Positions 12,061 through 24,380 of a stretch of 64,000 nt of DNA are shown one piece after another. The position numbers and the translations under genes are program-made. The DNA is from Lama guanicoe (lineage: Eukaryota): positions 1-64,000 of the forward strand of contig MU054307.1 of the NCBI GenBank assembly GCA_013239625.1, read 5' to 3'. The notes under the pieces are model-generated. The model saw nothing but the letters and a program-made list of their open reading frames with translations. It made no database searches and was not told the DNA's origin. Position 1 is the stretch's first letter, and the number at the start of each line of letters is the position of its first letter.

Positions 12061-14314
12061 GTTTTAACTAGTTTCATACTGTGTCTTGATGTGTGGTTAA
12101 GGTATTGGAGATAACATCAGAGCTGAGGTAGCCCTTGAGCTTAACCCTTAATTGAAACTCACAAAGCTAGAAAGAGGTCCAAGAGCACCCTTGGCTAGGG
12201 TAAAAAAAAGAATCTAGAGAAAAAGTCTAGGAGACAAGCCCTGAGATGCAGCTCTGACTAAAAAAGCAGACAAGCTAGGAGAGCTGTGACATTGTGTCAC
12301 TGACAGCTTCACATCCTGGTACATTGAATGGAAGGTGACTGGCTGGGTTCCCTGCTGCATTCCGTCTGCTGCAGGATGCTACTCAGGCTGGCGTGGGAAG
12401 AGTACTCGGCCTCGCAGGTAAGTAAATGGGAAAGGAGAACCTCACGCAGGCCCCTTGAAGGGGCCTCTGGGATTAACCATCCACATTTGAGGAATGGCTG
12501 CACTGGGCCTCCAAACAGAAGTGGAACTGGGGCAGGTGAGCTTTTCCATAGGCCGGGCTCACGCCTGGTGGTTGAGGGGCCACCCGAATGCGGACCTCCC
12601 TCATAGAGGCCAGCCTGGTAACTTGCCAACCAGAATGAACCCCACTTAGGGAGCTTCCTGGCCCTGCGCCCTCCCCCTGCCCCCAGGCTCTAGCTTGGTA
12701 ATAGCACGTGACCCCATGTGAGGTTGTGAGGTTAGTGTAGGGTATGTAGAATAAGCATCACATAAGCAAATGTTGACTATTTCTTGAAGCGACTGACCTA
12801 GAATGGGAGAGAGAACCTAGCAATGAGCCATTTTCTGCAAGACAGATGAGGTGTGGCCACCAGACCACTGCTCCCCTCCTCACACAGCAAATGAATGCAC
12901 CACAGTTTTGATCCAATGGTTCAGGCCAAAAGCGAGGAGCCATCCTTGAGGCCTCACCATCCAAGAGCTCCATGAGCAAGCCCAGCAGCTTGACGTTCAG
13001 TCTGGGCCCTTCCTGCACCTGCGCCTAGTGCAGCCCCCCCACCCCCACCACGCAGAGCTCCTTGGCCAAAACTCCTGGAAGAGATTCCTAACAGGTCTCC
13101 ATGGTTTTGCTTTTAGTTACCTCGGCCTGCTCTTCAGCCAGGCTTAATTGTTCAAATGTTAATCACATGGCCTTTCCTCCAAAAGAGACTGCAGAATTCT
13201 CAAAATTTTTCCCTCCAACTTAACCCAGACTCCTGTCCCTGACCTATAAGGCTCTGTGTAATCAGACACCTGCTTTCTGCACTGCTCCAGCTCATTCTCC
13301 TTTTGCTGCCCCTCAAACAAACCATCTTGGTACAACTTCAGGGCTTTATTTTTGTTCTTGTGCTTAAAGCACGTCTGATGTTTTCAAATGATTCTACTCT
13401 CTCCTCTCAGGAGGCCAGGAGGTCCATGTTCACCTCTAGACAGGTCCTCTCCTTCCCCCCAGTCTCCGCTTAACTTAGTTCATTTTCCTCATGGCATTTA
13501 TAAACCCAGTTGACAATGTCAGAGCTTCATTTCCTCCCCTGCCCACTAGAACGTAAACTCCAGCAAGGGAGGGATTGTTTTTAATAGGCAATGTGTGGTC
13601 TTAAATATTAAGGGTAATCTTCTAAGACATGGCCACCAGTGAGGCTGCATGGGTTTGGATCTTGGCTCAGCTTCATTAGCGATGGCGCCTTGAGCATGGT
13701 TTGCCATCTGTGACAGGATCCTGTCTCTCTCCTGGGGTGTAGAGAGGATTAAGTAAGTAAGACTATGTCCTTAGACTATGTCAAGCCGCAGAACAATGTC
13801 TAATGCAATGGACGTTCAATAAAGATTTCTTGAATGCATGAAGGACATCCTTCATCCCTTGCCAGACTAGCGCTAGGTCACTCCCCTCCCAGGCTTGCAG
13901 AGGAGGGACCCCAACCTCCAGCCCTTTCCTCTGAGGTTCTTAGTATTGAAGACTCAATGAGGGAAGCCATGGATGCCCTTTACAGACATTGCATCCCTGC
14001 CCCCTGGAAATGCAGGACGTGTGTGCTGCTTTCCTGGGTCTCTGGATGCCATACAGCCTTTGGGTCACCAAAGACAAAGATGCATTTTGACATGCTGTTG
14101 AAGTTCATTTGGAGGAGAGAGGAAGAGACCAGGCATGCACTCCACTGGCATTGGGACACCCTCCCGTTCAACCTTGAGAATTTGCCCAGCACTCTGGCCT
14201 GAAAGTCATGGACCACTCAGCCCAGCTCCTGCTGAAGACTTTGAAGGAAAAATAAGTCTCCCCTTTCACACATCCCCAGGAAATGATGCTTGTTAAAACT
14301 TCTGCATATGGCCA

Positions 14315-15075
14315 CCATGGAGGTTCCTTAGAAAACTAAAAATAGAGTTACTATTCTAGTCTGGCAGTCCCACTCTTGGGTATATATCCAGAGAAAACTC
14401 TAATCCAAAAAGATACACCCACCCCAGTGTTCATAGCAGCACTGTTTTATAATAGTCAAGACACCGAAGCAACCTAAATGTCTGTCAACAGATGACTGGA
14501 TAAAGAAGGTTCAGTATGTATACAACAGAACACTACTCAGCCATAAAAATGAATGAAATAATGTCATTTGCAGCAACATGGATGGACCTAGAGATAATCA
14601 TACTAAGTGAAGTAAGTCAGACAGAGAGACAAACATCATATGATATCACTTACATGTGGAATCTAAAAAAAAATGATGCTAATGAACTTATTTACAAAAC
14701 AGAAAGGGACTCAGACATAGAAAGCAAACTTATGGTTACCAAGGTGGGGAAGGGGGTGGGGAGGGATAAATTGGGAGTTTGAGATTAGCAGATACAGACT
14801 ACCTATGTACAGAATAGATAAACACAAAGTTTATACTGTAGAGCAGAGGGAACTACATTCAATGGCTTGTAGAAACCTGTAATGAAAAAATATGAAAAGG
14901 AATATATATATATATTACATCCCCACACAAATTGTTCACTGCCAACTGATTCTTTGAAGGGTGCACTAGCTGAGGGTAATTTGGGGGTGCCACCACTGTT
15001 GGTCCATTGAGAGTTTGGGATTATATATATGTGAATCACTATGCTGTACACCAGAAACTAATAAAACATTGTAAA
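14315..15075 (+). mobile_element. L1 3' end carrying an internal non-L1 insertion
   Basis: YSAIKMNEIMSFAATWMDLEIIILSEVSQ and L1 3' UTR. Confidence 0.85.
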
Positions 15076-15094
15076 TTCAAAAATTTAAACTAGT

Positions 15095-15234
15095 GGGAGG
15101 AGGGTATAGCTCAGGTGGTAGAGCACAGGCTTAGCATACACAGGTGCTGGGTTCAGTCCCCAGTACCTCCTCTAAAATAAGTAAACCTAATTACCCATCC
15201 ACAAAAGAATAAAATAATAAAATTAAAAATTAAA
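15095..15234 (+). mobile_element. tRNA-derived SINE (camelid Vic-1 type)
   Basis: ggagggtatagctcaggtggtagag...gggttcagtccccagtacctcc, A-rich tail, TSD aaaatt(t/a)aaactagt. Confidence 0.9.
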
Positions 15235-15249
15235 AAAATTAAAACTAGT

Positions 15250-15660
15250 AAGCCAGAAAGAGAAAGAAAAATACCATATGATATCACTTATATGTGGAAT
15301 CTAAAAAAGGAAAAAAGACAAATGGACTTACTTACATAACAGAAACAGACTCACAGACATAGAAAGCAAGCATGGTTACCAGGGGAGGAAGGGGATGGGA
15401 AGGGATAAGTTGGGAGTTCGAGATTTGCAGACACTAATACATATATGTATATGATAGATAAGCAAGTTCATACTGTATAGCACAGGAAACTATATTCAAT
15501 ATCTCACAGTAACATGGTGAAAATATGAAAATGAATATATGTATATTCATGTATGACTGAAGCATTATGCTGTACACCAGAAACTAACACAACATTGTAA
15601 ACTGACTATACTTCAATTAAAAAAAATTATATACACAAAAAAATAAAATTAAAATAAAAA
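15250..15660 (+). mobile_element. L1 3' UTR fragment
   Basis: agccagaaagagaaagaaaaataccatatg...cattgtaaactgactatacttcaattaaaa. Confidence 0.85.
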
Positions 15661-16489
15661 CACAATAGCCCACTTCACCTCTGCTTTTGAAGCAGTAGAC
15701 ACAGACAGATGAATTTCCTCCTATTTGGAGTATCGGGGGGAAATTTGGCTCAGCTCCATGTGGTAAGAGGCCAAGATTGTCTACAAAGTTTGCCCGGCCT
15801 TGCAGGCTTGTCCCTCTCAGGCAAGAAGAGCTCATGGTCTCTTATGGGACAACCACTGCTTGCCAGGATCAGAGGCTGTGCCAGGGCCCTAGACTAGATC
15901 AGGGAGGGGCTCCAATTGGGATCAGGTGGGCTGTGGGCAGGGGGCATCTCAGTTTCCAGGCAAGAGTCTGCCTCTGGATCCTGGTTGCCCCAAGGTGGCC
16001 CCCTGTGGATTTGGGCACATTTTTAATGGAATGACATTGGGCGGAATGTGTCTGGAGACCTGTTAATAGTTGCAACAGCCCCCCACAGCCTCACCCACAG
16101 GTGACTGGCAAACTTCTTCTTCTTCTCCTTTTTTTTTTTTTTTTGCCAATCTGTTTGGTAGTTGGACCATCACCTTGACCGACAGTGGTGGCACCCCAAA
16201 TTACCCTCAGTGCACCCTTCAAAGAATCAGTTGGCAGTGAACAATTTGTGTGGGGATGTAAACTGTGGAGTTGTGAACCCCAATGCTGCAGTGTGCAGGA
16301 AGCATAAATACTGCCCTTGCCCGTTAAGTCTAGAACTTCTGTCCTGCTGGCAGTGCTTATAAATGTTGAAAACAGGTTTGGGTTAGTTAATCTGTGTCAA
16401 AGTAGCAAAACTTGGAAATTTAAGAATACACCATAAATTCCGTGCCCTGGACTGAAGGTTTTTCAGCCCCAAACAAAATAAAAAACCAG

Positions 16490-16590
16490 TGTGGAAGGCA
16501 TAGCTCATTGGTAGAGCGCGTGCCTAGCATGCAGAGATCCTGGGTTCAACCCCCAGTACCTCCATTGACAAAAAAAAAAAAAAAAAAAGG
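16490..16590 (+). mobile_element. tRNA-derived SINE
   Basis: gcatagctcattggtagagcgcgtgcctagcatgc...gggttcaacccccagtacctcc plus poly(A). Confidence 0.88.
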
Positions 16591-17485
16591 AAAAGCCCCC
16601 CCAAACAGAAAATTCATAGAAAAGTTTTGGAAGTAATAACCTAAAGCTTAAAAAAACAAAAAGTTATCTTGGAGAGGCTGCCTTTTCTTGTTGAGTTTGA
16701 AGCTCTTGACCGGCTTTCTACCAAGCCTAAGGGTGGGGCAAAACAAGCTTTCAGTGTAATGGAGAGAAGTCTGCCCTAAGTAAGGGCCGATGTTAGGGTT
16801 TAAAAGATTTGGAAAGGAGGTCGAACTAGGGTCTGGTCCAAGAAAACTGATAAACAAAAGGGAAATCTAATCTAGTGAAAATCTCTGGCCCTAAAGTGGC
16901 TAGACATAGCCCAGACTGAGCGAGCCTCTTGCTGGCTGGGAACTCCACCAGGCTCCTGGATTAACGTGATGCTCACAATATTGTCATCCAGTTAACACAC
17001 GAGGAAATCAAGGCCCATCAATCACACCCCTCCCTGCAATTCATATAGTCACAATTCAACGTGCACGCAATTTTTCGACGGTCCTGTGAAATGTTTTTTA
17101 CTTTGGGGAGATCCCCAGTGGGTGTAGGTGCTTCCAGTGGGGAACTCCCAGCCAATCTGCCTGCCTGCCCTCTGGGTTCCCCAGGGGTCACCCCCAGGGC
17201 TGCTGGGACTGAAGGCATGGTGGGGAGGGCTGGGAGGAGGGACCTCCGGGCCTTGGCCGCTTGGTGGGCTGGAGCAAGTCTCCCAAATTACAAACAGGCA
17301 GGTCCAGTCCTCCAGCACCTTCCTGTTCTGGAAGTCAGGTGGATCTAAGAGTGTCTGGAGAAGCTGGAGGTGCCTGGGAAGCTGCAGTGGAGACTGGACC
17401 TGGGCAGGGAGAGCAGGTAAGTTCCCCCAGGAGGTCGCTCCTGGCTGAGAGCTGAGGCCACAGGAAAGGGACAGCTGGGCTTAAC

Positions 17486-17560
17486 GGAGGTACTGGAGGT
17501 TGAGCCCTGGACCTAGCGCATGCTAAGCACGTGCTCTTCCTCTGAAGTATGCCCTCCCCC
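17486..17560 (-). mobile_element. tRNA-derived SINE head, antisense
   Basis: ggaggtactggaggttgagccc...gcatgctaagcacgtgctc...ccctcccc. Confidence 0.8.
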
Positions 17561-17697
17561 TGACCCCATCTAAGTGTAGATCATGATTCTTCTCTGACCC
17601 TTTTAGCTTATCTCACCACTACTCCCCTTAATGCACTTAATCTGGAAACATCTGTCGTGTGTCTGGTTCACCACCTCCCCAGGAACACTGTTTCAGG

Positions 17698-18156
17698 TGT
17701 TGACTGAAAAAAATCTGCAGCCTAAAAGTTGAGAGTTATGTCTTCTTTGGCGGGAGGACTCGAGCCGGGATGACAGCCTCTCAGATCGCTCTGAGGGACC
17801 GCTCCGAAGAGGCAGGGGAGGAGCTAGGAGGCCAGGTAGTTGGAACAACAAAAGATAACTTGTTGTCTAAAGAAAAACAGGCACCACAAGCGAAAGAATT
17901 TAGTGCTTTTCTGTGTATGGGAGGAAGCAAACACTTGGGCTCACTGAATTCATTCCTTTGACAAGCACCTGGCTATCTAGGGCCAGTGTCCTGTCCTTCC
18001 TTATTTTGAGTCCCCTCAGAGGGCACCACTGTGAGTGGCTGCAGAGGCTGGGTTGCAGGCTTGTCTTCACTGTGGGGGGTGGCGGCAGCCACTGATGACT
18101 TGATGGCTTCAGCATTCTTTATTTACTGACATGGTTAGCAGTATTTTTTGTTCACA
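17698..18156 (-). mobile_element. Probable solo ERV LTR
   Basis: TG...CA termini, ~460 bp, LTR-like composition; TSD not evident. Confidence 0.55.
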
Positions 18157-20849
18157 AAAGTCATAAGTGGACTCACTTTTAGATATAACTAAATTATGCA
18201 ATTAACAAGTAATAATCATTAAGTCTAAAAGTATATTTGTCATGACTCCCGTTACAGAAGTTTCATGAAGGGCTGAGGTGACAGTCTCTGCAGACTTTGT
18301 CCCCACTGAGACCCAGTTCTTGGGAGGCCACACGGCAGCCAGGCTCACCCAGTTTTTGGTTTACTTAACAGCCTTTTTCACTGATCTACCATTTAAAGAT
18401 TTAAATATTTAAAACATTAAATCAAAGGCTATTTCATCTTCAGAGAAAGCAGGCTATGTTTAGAAAGCAGTTCTAAAATCACAGAACAATTTGTACCAGA
18501 GTTGCAAGGTGCCCTCTGTACTGCCAGAAAAAGATCTCGGTCCCTCTTGGCAATTAGAGAAACTACAACTTAGCAAGTTCCAGAAGAGCGCCCCCCCAGT
18601 CAGTCCCCTCTGGGATTCAGAGCAGGCTTCTCATCTGACACTAGCTGGTGGCAGTGACCCTGGCCGTCAGTGGTCTTCAGATACGGAGTACCCTGCAGCC
18701 TTCTTATAATGTGCATTTCATGTTTTTCAAAGATCTAAATGCCAGAAGTTTTGGACTTAAACTCTAAGCCTCAGTTGCCTCGCCTTTCACTTGGGGGATA
18801 ATAATCATGCCTCCCCAGAGGGGTGCTCAATTAAATGCATAATTATTATGATATATTCACCACTGTGCTGGGAACAGAAAAGGGCCAGTTTGTGAAAATA
18901 CTGATGCATCTTCAGAAAGCAGGTTTTGAATTATCTCCCTTTAAATTCATGTTCCCCACTCAAGATTTTTGGGAGCCAAGGCTGCTAGCTATGTCCCACA
19001 TAACAGCTCCCTTCTCCTGCTGGGCCCCCCTCACCATCTTCCAGCACAGTAAGTGTGCGATATAAAATCTCCATTTTCCTATGAAAACTTTTTTGTTCAT
19101 ATTGAGGTTTTAATTTTTTGTTTGTTTGTTTTCAGGGAGGACAAATTTGTTGCCTTTGTCACCGATGTTTTGCATCAGGGGTTGACCCTTCAGGCCGCTA
19201 TCAGCACTGTTTACACTGCTGAGGAGAGAATCAGCCTGTGTCTCCACCCCGTCCCACCCCCATCACCCACCTCCCCCACCGGGTCTCATTGAGGGGCTGG
19301 TCCTTGAGGTTCTGCGTCGGCCCTGACTGTCACAGCCAACCACTGCCTAAGCGAGTTGCACAGCAGAACTCAGAGACCTCACTGCGGTTTCTCATTGTTG
19401 CTTCTCTGCCTGGGGAGAGGGTAGGAGACACCTGCATCTTCTGTACTCATCTGTCTTGTGTTCCGACACAGCTATTCCAGGATCTGCAGTAAAGATACCT
19501 GCAAATACAAGAACTCTTCAATTTCAGCTTCCTTGGAATTGATCTGCAATGTATCCACGAGGGAAGGAGGTTTTTATACCAGATGTGTCAGTGAGAAAAT
19601 GACCTGGAGGCACTCTGTTAGGTGAAAACACAGATGACCCAGATCTTATAGCCAACAGGGGTGTTCAAGAGTCTCAAATAAATTGCAGTGCATGTACGAT
19701 GTTGCTTCTCATCGAAGGATATGTGCATTCTCTTTGTCTCAAAATCTTTCTAAGAGATGACGTTAATCAAACTCTACAAGTTACAAAATGATTAGGTAAC
19801 ATTTATTATGCATTAAATACATACATTTATATACTTATATATTTGTATAAGATTGCATTACATTTTATACATATATAAATTTATGCTTATACTTTTTAAT
19901 ATTTGAAACTTCAATAATTTTCTTTAAATATTCCAGGCTTCTGTTTCTGACCAGTTTGGCACTAGAGAGCATCCACGTGGGAAACTGTAAGAAACATTTT
20001 GTTTATAGTCTCTTAGTTTTCATTATATATTTGTTACTCAATCATTATCACTCTCACATTTTAAATTTCTGAAAGGTTATCAAAGAGAGAAATATAAATG
20101 TAGTACAGAAGAAATCAACACTGCTATAGCTCAGAAGCTCCAGCAGAAAACACTCAACTGGACCTTGAATAATTTCAGGGAGGTCAATGACAGCGGGGAT
20201 GGCTGGAGGTGGCCGGGTGCATTTCCTCACTCCCGGGCTTTCCAAGAGCATAAGTCGCGATGCTGACACAAAGGTCATCTCTGTGTTAAGGATCTGGGGG
20301 GAAAAAAGGATAAATTAAGGATCAAAGGAGAAACCCAAGAGGCAACATTTTATCACCTTCAAATGATGATACGCTATAGAGTAAAAAGTATTTCCTAGCG
20401 AGGTGTTCTTTTACTCTGAAAAAACGTTTTACTGTTTCAGTGGTAAAACGTTGCATTTACTCTTAAATGGGTGTTTCTCTGCAGGTCCAGAGAACTGTGA
20501 TTTAAGTGTATTTAAAGCACATATCCTAACCTAAGATAACAGCGGACCTTTGCTAGGCTCATTGCAGACTCTCAGGCTCCAGACCCCACATCCCCAGGGC
20601 GTCCCTCTGGGGAAGGGGGCAGTGACCGTGGAGAGAGATTTAAACTTTTTTTTTTGGCGTCTTCGCACCCGTGGGTGGCCCTGCCCAGGAAGCCTGTCTT
20701 TAAGCACTGTGGTGGGAAGTCACAGCCTAACTTTAACATGTGAAAGGAAGAAAGAAAACCCTACTTGCAGGGGGCAGTGGTTCCCCGTCTGCTTTAGGGC
20801 TCGCCAGAACCCGCTCGCACCCCAGATAGTTTGTTTGTAATCCTTAAAT

Positions 20850-21400
20850 TAACAAGCAGGGTTTACCTGAGCAAACACACTTAGCAGGGAACTAATTTTA
20901 TTGCCTCCCCCAGGCGATCTCCCTCGGGCCTCCTCGGATATGTCAAACAGGGAGGGCTGTGCGGAGCTGACGTCCAGGCGACCCCACAGCTGCCCGCCCG
21001 CGGCCGCACCGCTGCAGGACCGCTCTGCCTGTGCCCCGCCCACGTCACAGGTCGCTACTGCGAGCAGGACCAGAGGCACAGGCAGGCGCGGGGCCGAGCG
21101 GGCTGGAGCGGGGGCAGTGGGCGGGACCAGCAGTGGGCTGGGGGCGGGGTGAGGGGAGGTGCGAACGCTCTAGCGCCTGGCCTGGGCCTCCCCAGCGAAT
21201 GCGGAGCCCTGGTTCGCGGAGCCTGGACCTTCCGCTGCTGCCGCCTCTGCAGGCGCGTCTTGGCGGCCCTGCACTGCCTCCACCGCCAGACACCTGGCCG
21301 CTGCGGTAAGCGGACCCGCGCCCTGGGCTCAGTTCACACACGCCTGCAGTTGTTTCTTTATAATACAGATCCATAGAAATCTGCCTGTACCAGGAGACAC
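20850..21400. promoter_or_regulatory. CpG-island promoter, probably bidirectional
   Basis: Dense CpG; GC boxes at 21034-21041 and 21141-21149; CACGTCA at 21041-21047; + donor GCG|GTAAGC at 21306; - donor at 20866. Confidence 0.75.
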
Positions 21401-23069
21401 AATTTGTGAAGTTTCTCAGCAGTTTCCAACTCAATGCAAATGTCTCCTTTGTGAAACTGAGTAAGGAATATGGATTTCCTAGATCCAAACACAGCCGCTC
21501 TGCACGGCGGCGTCTGGGGCAGGGCCCAGGGCACAGGTGAAGGAGGCACAGCTCTTGCACCCCTCGTCCTTGCTCCGGCCCCTATTGAGTAAGCGCAGGC
21601 CGGGGCAGCGGGGAGGGGCACAGCTGACTGCAGCACAGCCCTTCAGACCCCTTTGTTAGCCTTGGGCCTTGTGGAGCACCCCCACCGGCTCTCCTGTTCC
21701 TCCCTGCACCGCAGTCAACTCTGGGCAAATCCCACAGTCTAAGGGACGCTTAATGGTAGCACAAGCCTCCAATCCCACTTCGCATCCCCTTGTGCACTGT
21801 CCCGACCACAGTGGAGGACAGCTCCTGTGGGGTGAAGCCCTTCAAGCCACCTTCCTGCTCCCACCCTCTCCGGGGGATGCCCTGGGTGGGGCCGTGAATG
21901 GAGAGCACAGTTCATGAATGCTCAATTTTAAAGCCACCTTCCCACCCCTTCCTCTCTCTTCTGCCCCCTTGGGGAGGACTAGCAGTCGAGGGATGCTCTT
22001 AATGCAGGTGCAGCCCTTCAGCCCCACGTCAGACCCCCTTGTCCACTGCCCAGACTGCAGGAGAGGGGCAGCCCTTGTGGGGTGGAGCCCCTGCAGCCCT
22101 GCCTGCTGCTCCCCCTTCTTCTCAGCCAGCTCTGCCTGATGCCGTCAGTGCCTGTAGGGGCGAGTGTGATTATAGTGCAATGTCCTCTTCCTCCCACCCT
22201 CTCCTAATGGGCTCTCCAATGCTGGTCCTGCTCACTGGCTGCTCCTTCCATGCCCCAGAGAAAGGAGGACACAAATTATGGAATAGGCATTGGAATTGCA
22301 GGTGGTAGCTGTGTAGCCCTGCAAGTGAAGTCATTTCCCACTTGTCACTGGGGCTCCCAGCATCGAAATGGGGAAGGGGCTAGCTGGGATCCTTTCCAAT
22401 CTCCTAACCAACACCAGCTTGGATTCAGAAGCAGCAGAGCAAGGGCTGGGGCCTAGGATGTCTGCTCACAATTTCACATCCTTGGAAACATCCAAGACTG
22501 GAACTGCTGTCTGCCAAGGACAGTGACAGTGACTCCGAAAATATGGCTTCTGCTCATCAAAGTTGAACAAAATAGTGCAGGCATCTTTCAGAGTAATTTG
22601 TCATTTGCGGAAAGGGTGGTAGCGCTTTGTATTCTTTGACCCATTGATCCTGCTTCAGGGTGGGCGACGACGGTGGTGGCTGTGCTGATAGCGGTCATGG
22701 TGATGTGAGGATGACACTGATCGTGATGATACCTATCTGTAGCTCTCAGTATATTTCAGGCACTTGATACACTGTTCAATTCTCCTAACAAGCATATGAA
22801 ATAGGCATTATACCTTTTATATTTGAGGAAACTGAGGTTTCCCGTAAGAGGTAATCACCAGAGTTTAGTTATTAACTCAGAAACACTATGATATTTTAAT
22901 GTTATTACATTTAAATTATTTAAAGATATTTTAGATTAATATACTGTAGTACATTGATATAAACATTGACACAATGATAATTCGTATATAATTAATGTTA
23001 ATCTGTGAATAAAACTGCTGCCATGCACAGAGTACATAAGCTCATCCCTGAACTATGTCAAACACTTGT

Positions 23070-23880
23070 TTTTTAAATTGAGATATAATTGCTGTATAAC
23101 ATTATATTGGCTTTAGGTACACAACACAATGATTTGTATATACAGAGAAATGATCACTACAGTGAGTCTAGTTAACATTCATCACCACATGTAGTGATAC
23201 ATTTTTTTTCCTGTGATGAGAACTTTTTGTATTGCAAATATGCAATACAGTATTATTAACTACAGTCACTGTGCTGCACAGTACATCCCCAGGACTTATT
23301 TATTTTATAAATAAAAGTTCATAACTTTTGACCCTCTCTACCCATTTCACTCCCTGCCACACCTTTGACAACCACTAGGCTGTTCTCTGTATCTATAAGT
23401 TTGGTTTCTTTCTTTCTTTTCTTTTCTTTTTTAGATTCCACAAAAAAGTGAGATCAGATGGTATTTGTCTTTTTTTTTCTGACTTATTTTGCTTAACAGA
23501 ATGCCTTCAGGGTCCATCTATGTTGTTGCAAATGGCAAGGTTTTCTTTTTTTTTTAATGTCTGAACAATATTTTATTATACATCTCACGTTTTCTTTATC
23601 AATAATATATATTGCATATATAGCTCACACTTCCTAAATCTATTCATCCATCAGGAGATACCTAGGTGCTTCTATGTCTTGGCTATTGTAATAATGTGCA
23701 GTGAACAGGGGGGTGCATGTATCTTTTCAAGTTAGTGTGTTCATTGTTTTCAGATAAATACCCAAAAGTGGAATTGATGAATCATATGGTAGTTCTATTT
23801 TTAATATTTTGAGAAAACTCCTTACTGGTTTCCATAGTGGCTGCACGAATGTACATTCCCACCAAAAGTGCACAAGGGCT
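23070..23880 (-). mobile_element. L1 3' end, antisense
   Basis: ttagattccac...gtccatctatgttgttgcaaatggcaag...ttccatagtggctgcac. Confidence 0.85.
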
Positions 23881-24139
23881 TAGAGTCTGAATCTTAACCC
23901 CTTTACCATTCTGTACTCATCCCGTAATTATCAGTGTAAAATGAAGGGTTTTTTTTTAAGTGTTTTTTTTTCAAATACTAAAATGTTATTATGAATATAA
24001 TCAGAAATTTATTGGCAAAATCACATTTTTTATTGAATTTTACTCTGAGCCACTGAGTAACTTGCCCCAAATATGTCTTTTTTTAATTGAATGAAAGAAT
24101 CTTTAAATTCTGTAGTGCTTACATTTTTCAAAAGTTTAC

Positions 24140-24380
24140 ATGATTTCATGTAATACCATAATAATCCTTTTATTTACCCCTACCTCTTACTGCCCCTCCC
24201 CCCCACCTCCCCACTGGGAACCACAAGTTTGTTCTCTGAGTCTGTGAGTCTGCTTCTTTATTGTTTTATTCTCTAGTTTTTTGTATTTTTTAGATTCCGT
24301 ATATAAGTGATATCATACAGAATTTGTTTTTGTCTGGCTCATCTCACTTAGCATAATACCCTCTACATTCATCTATGTCA
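24140..24380 (-). mobile_element. L1 3' UTR fragment
   Basis: aaccacaagtttgttctctgag...ttagattccgtatataagtgatatcatacag. Confidence 0.7.

Larger units (their letters stand above)
17217..19292 (+). pseudogene. Candidate two-exon gene relic (118 aa, one internal TAA), product unknown
   Basis: ggcATGg at 17217; donor CAG|GTAAGT at 17416/17417; long pyrimidine tract and CAG acceptor at 19135/19136; phase-2 junction keeps frame to TGA at 19290-19292; AATAAA at 19677. Confidence 0.35.

Noticed and set aside
15095..15175. tRNA-like sequence (also at 16490, 17486 and 42302)
   Set aside because: Degenerate stems, A-rich tails and a TSD show these are SINEs, not tRNA genes.
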